Origin: an uncultured Mycoplasmatota bacterium | GTDB taxonomy: Bacteria; Bacillota_I; Bacilli_A; RF39; UBA660 | NCBI GenBank assembly: GCA_946497925.1 | Contig: CAMMMG010000002.1 | Coordinates: 398-64,397 of the forward strand | Length of the DNA stretch: 64,000 nucleotides | Direction: 5' to 3' | Shown here: positions 63,260 through 64,000 of the stretch, piece after piece | Position numbering within the stretch: position 1 is the stretch's first letter | Layout: every line of letters begins with the position of its first letter | Notes under the pieces: model-generated | What the model was told of the DNA's origin: nothing | What the model saw: only the letters and a program-made list of their open reading frames with translations | Databases searched by the model: none | Made by a program: the position numbers and the translations under genes

Positions 63260-64000
63260 TTTTTCTTCTCTCCTTTATTCTATCATATAATTTTTTTGCA
63301 TTCTTTTCCATAATTTTTTCTACATCTTCCGAAGAAAATACAGAAAGCAAATCTTCTTTCAATTCTGTGGCAATTTTATTATAATCATAAATTCCATATT
63401 CTTCATTATCATTTGGATCAATGATTGAAACGAAGTTCATATTATCACTCGAGACCATAATTCTATCAATTCCAAAAATATCAACCATATATTTAATATG
63501 TTCTATATATTTAGATCGTTTTCTATCTCCTACAAACGCTGGATAACTAACAAGGCCAATCATACCCCCAACTTCTTTTAAAGCAAGAAGTTGTTCTTTT
63601 GTTAGATTTCTTTTATGGGGACATAGTTCATAACTATTAGAGTGACTTGCATAACAAATTACTTCTTTGCCTTTCTTTTGTTCTTCCTTAATCACATCAA
63701 TCATATCAAAAAATGTCTTTTGATTGGCATGGGATAAATCTATTCCCATTCCAAGATCGATACCTTTTCTTAAGAAATCCTTTCCTTTTCTAGTTAAACC
63801 ACTATCACTACGATTCCCTGATCCATAACAATTTTTATTGTTCCAAACCAGTAAAAAAGCATCAAGTCCAGCATCGTATAGTTTTTCTAATTCTTCTTCA
63901 TCCTTTATGTAATCACAACCTTCAATACTATATAATGATGGACAAGAAAAATTTTCATCATACATTTTTTTACTCTCTCTAAACATTGAAAGAACATTAA
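63246..64000 (-). CDS. Membrane-dipeptidase (M19)-like amidohydrolase, 5' end outside the window
   Basis: GIDLSHANQKTFFD, SHSN, VSSDN motifs. The frame stays open beyond the ATG at 63986 to the window edge. Confidence 0.55.
   Translation of the reverse strand, partial: NVLSMFRESKKMYDENFSCPSLYSIEGCDYIKDEEELEKLYDAGLDAFLLVWNNKNCYGSGNRSDSGLTRKGKDFLRKGIDLGMGIDLSHANQKTFFDMIDVIKEEQKKGKEVICYASHSNSYELCPHKRNLTKEQLLALKEVGGMIGLVSYPAFVGDRKRSKYIEHIKYMVDIFGIDRIMVSSDNMNFVSIIDPNDNEEYGIYDYNKIATELKEDLLSVFSSEDVEKIMEKNAKKLYDRIKERRKNVRY

Noticed and set aside
63260-63330. A T-box leader upstream of serS
   Set aside because: serS overlaps the upstream dipeptidase-like gene by 14 nt, so there is no room for a leader and no T-box sequence.
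1-64000. tRNA, rRNA, tmRNA, RNase P and SRP RNA genes
   Set aside because: I scanned the GC-richer islands (22.3 kb, 25.7 kb, 44.7 kb, 46.3 kb). None shows cloverleaf ends, GGUUCGA-type T-loops or the conserved RNase P, SRP or tmRNA strings that I know.

Overview
This is a very AT-rich, low-GC Gram-positive (Bacillota-type) chromosomal segment. The miaB-ymcA-cotE and ireB-ruvX-DUF1292-mltG-OMT synteny and a CotE homologue point to an endospore-forming lineage. Almost all genes lie on the minus strand. From left to right: (i) 1-512 holds the tail of an ORF followed by a transposon-end-like array of three repeats. (ii) 0.5-21.6 kb is a one-strand cell-surface glycopolymer locus. It contains two GT-C membrane transferases, GT2 enzymes, a Wzm/Wzt-type ABC exporter and a large HAD-containing protein. 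It also contains a Kdo/sialic-type (ulosonic acid) module (KpsC/S-like transferase, KdsB-like cytidylyltransferase, aldolase-DUF115 fusion). The rest is a GH25 lysin with cell-wall-binding repeats, an O-acyltransferase, rfbB, a GtrB/GtrA pair and SGNH hydrolases. (iii) 21.6-29.3 kb is a toxin-antitoxin/defence-type patch wrapped around ppdK. It holds a complete type III ToxIN-like cassette (promoter, tandem RNA repeats, terminator, toxin), a solo TnpB with its omega-RNA region, a Panacea(DUF4065)-antitoxin pair with an unassigned toxin, and an amber-interrupted AbiEii. (iv) The housekeeping genes are an ltaS-like gene, htpG, the mltG operon, a TetR plus heterodimeric ABC exporter operon, murC, queH, zupT, yidD, rseP, cdsA, rpsP, cotE, miaB and serS. 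They are interrupted by small accessory insertions. One is a two-gene cassette (101 aa + 658 aa HExxH protein) bounded by a 16-nt duplication of the ABC gene end. Another is an AlbA_2/HTH gene bounded by duplicated promoter-leader modules and toxN-terminator relics. The others are a DUF4143 ATPase, papain/transglutaminase-like proteins and Rpn-like nuclease genes. (v) A free-standing ~190-nt structured RNA with its own promoter and terminator, folding as a 6S-like rod, lies between murC and the next operon. No rRNA, tRNA or CRISPR array was seen. All functional calls come from reading motifs in the translated ORFs and the raw DNA, and no database search was run.
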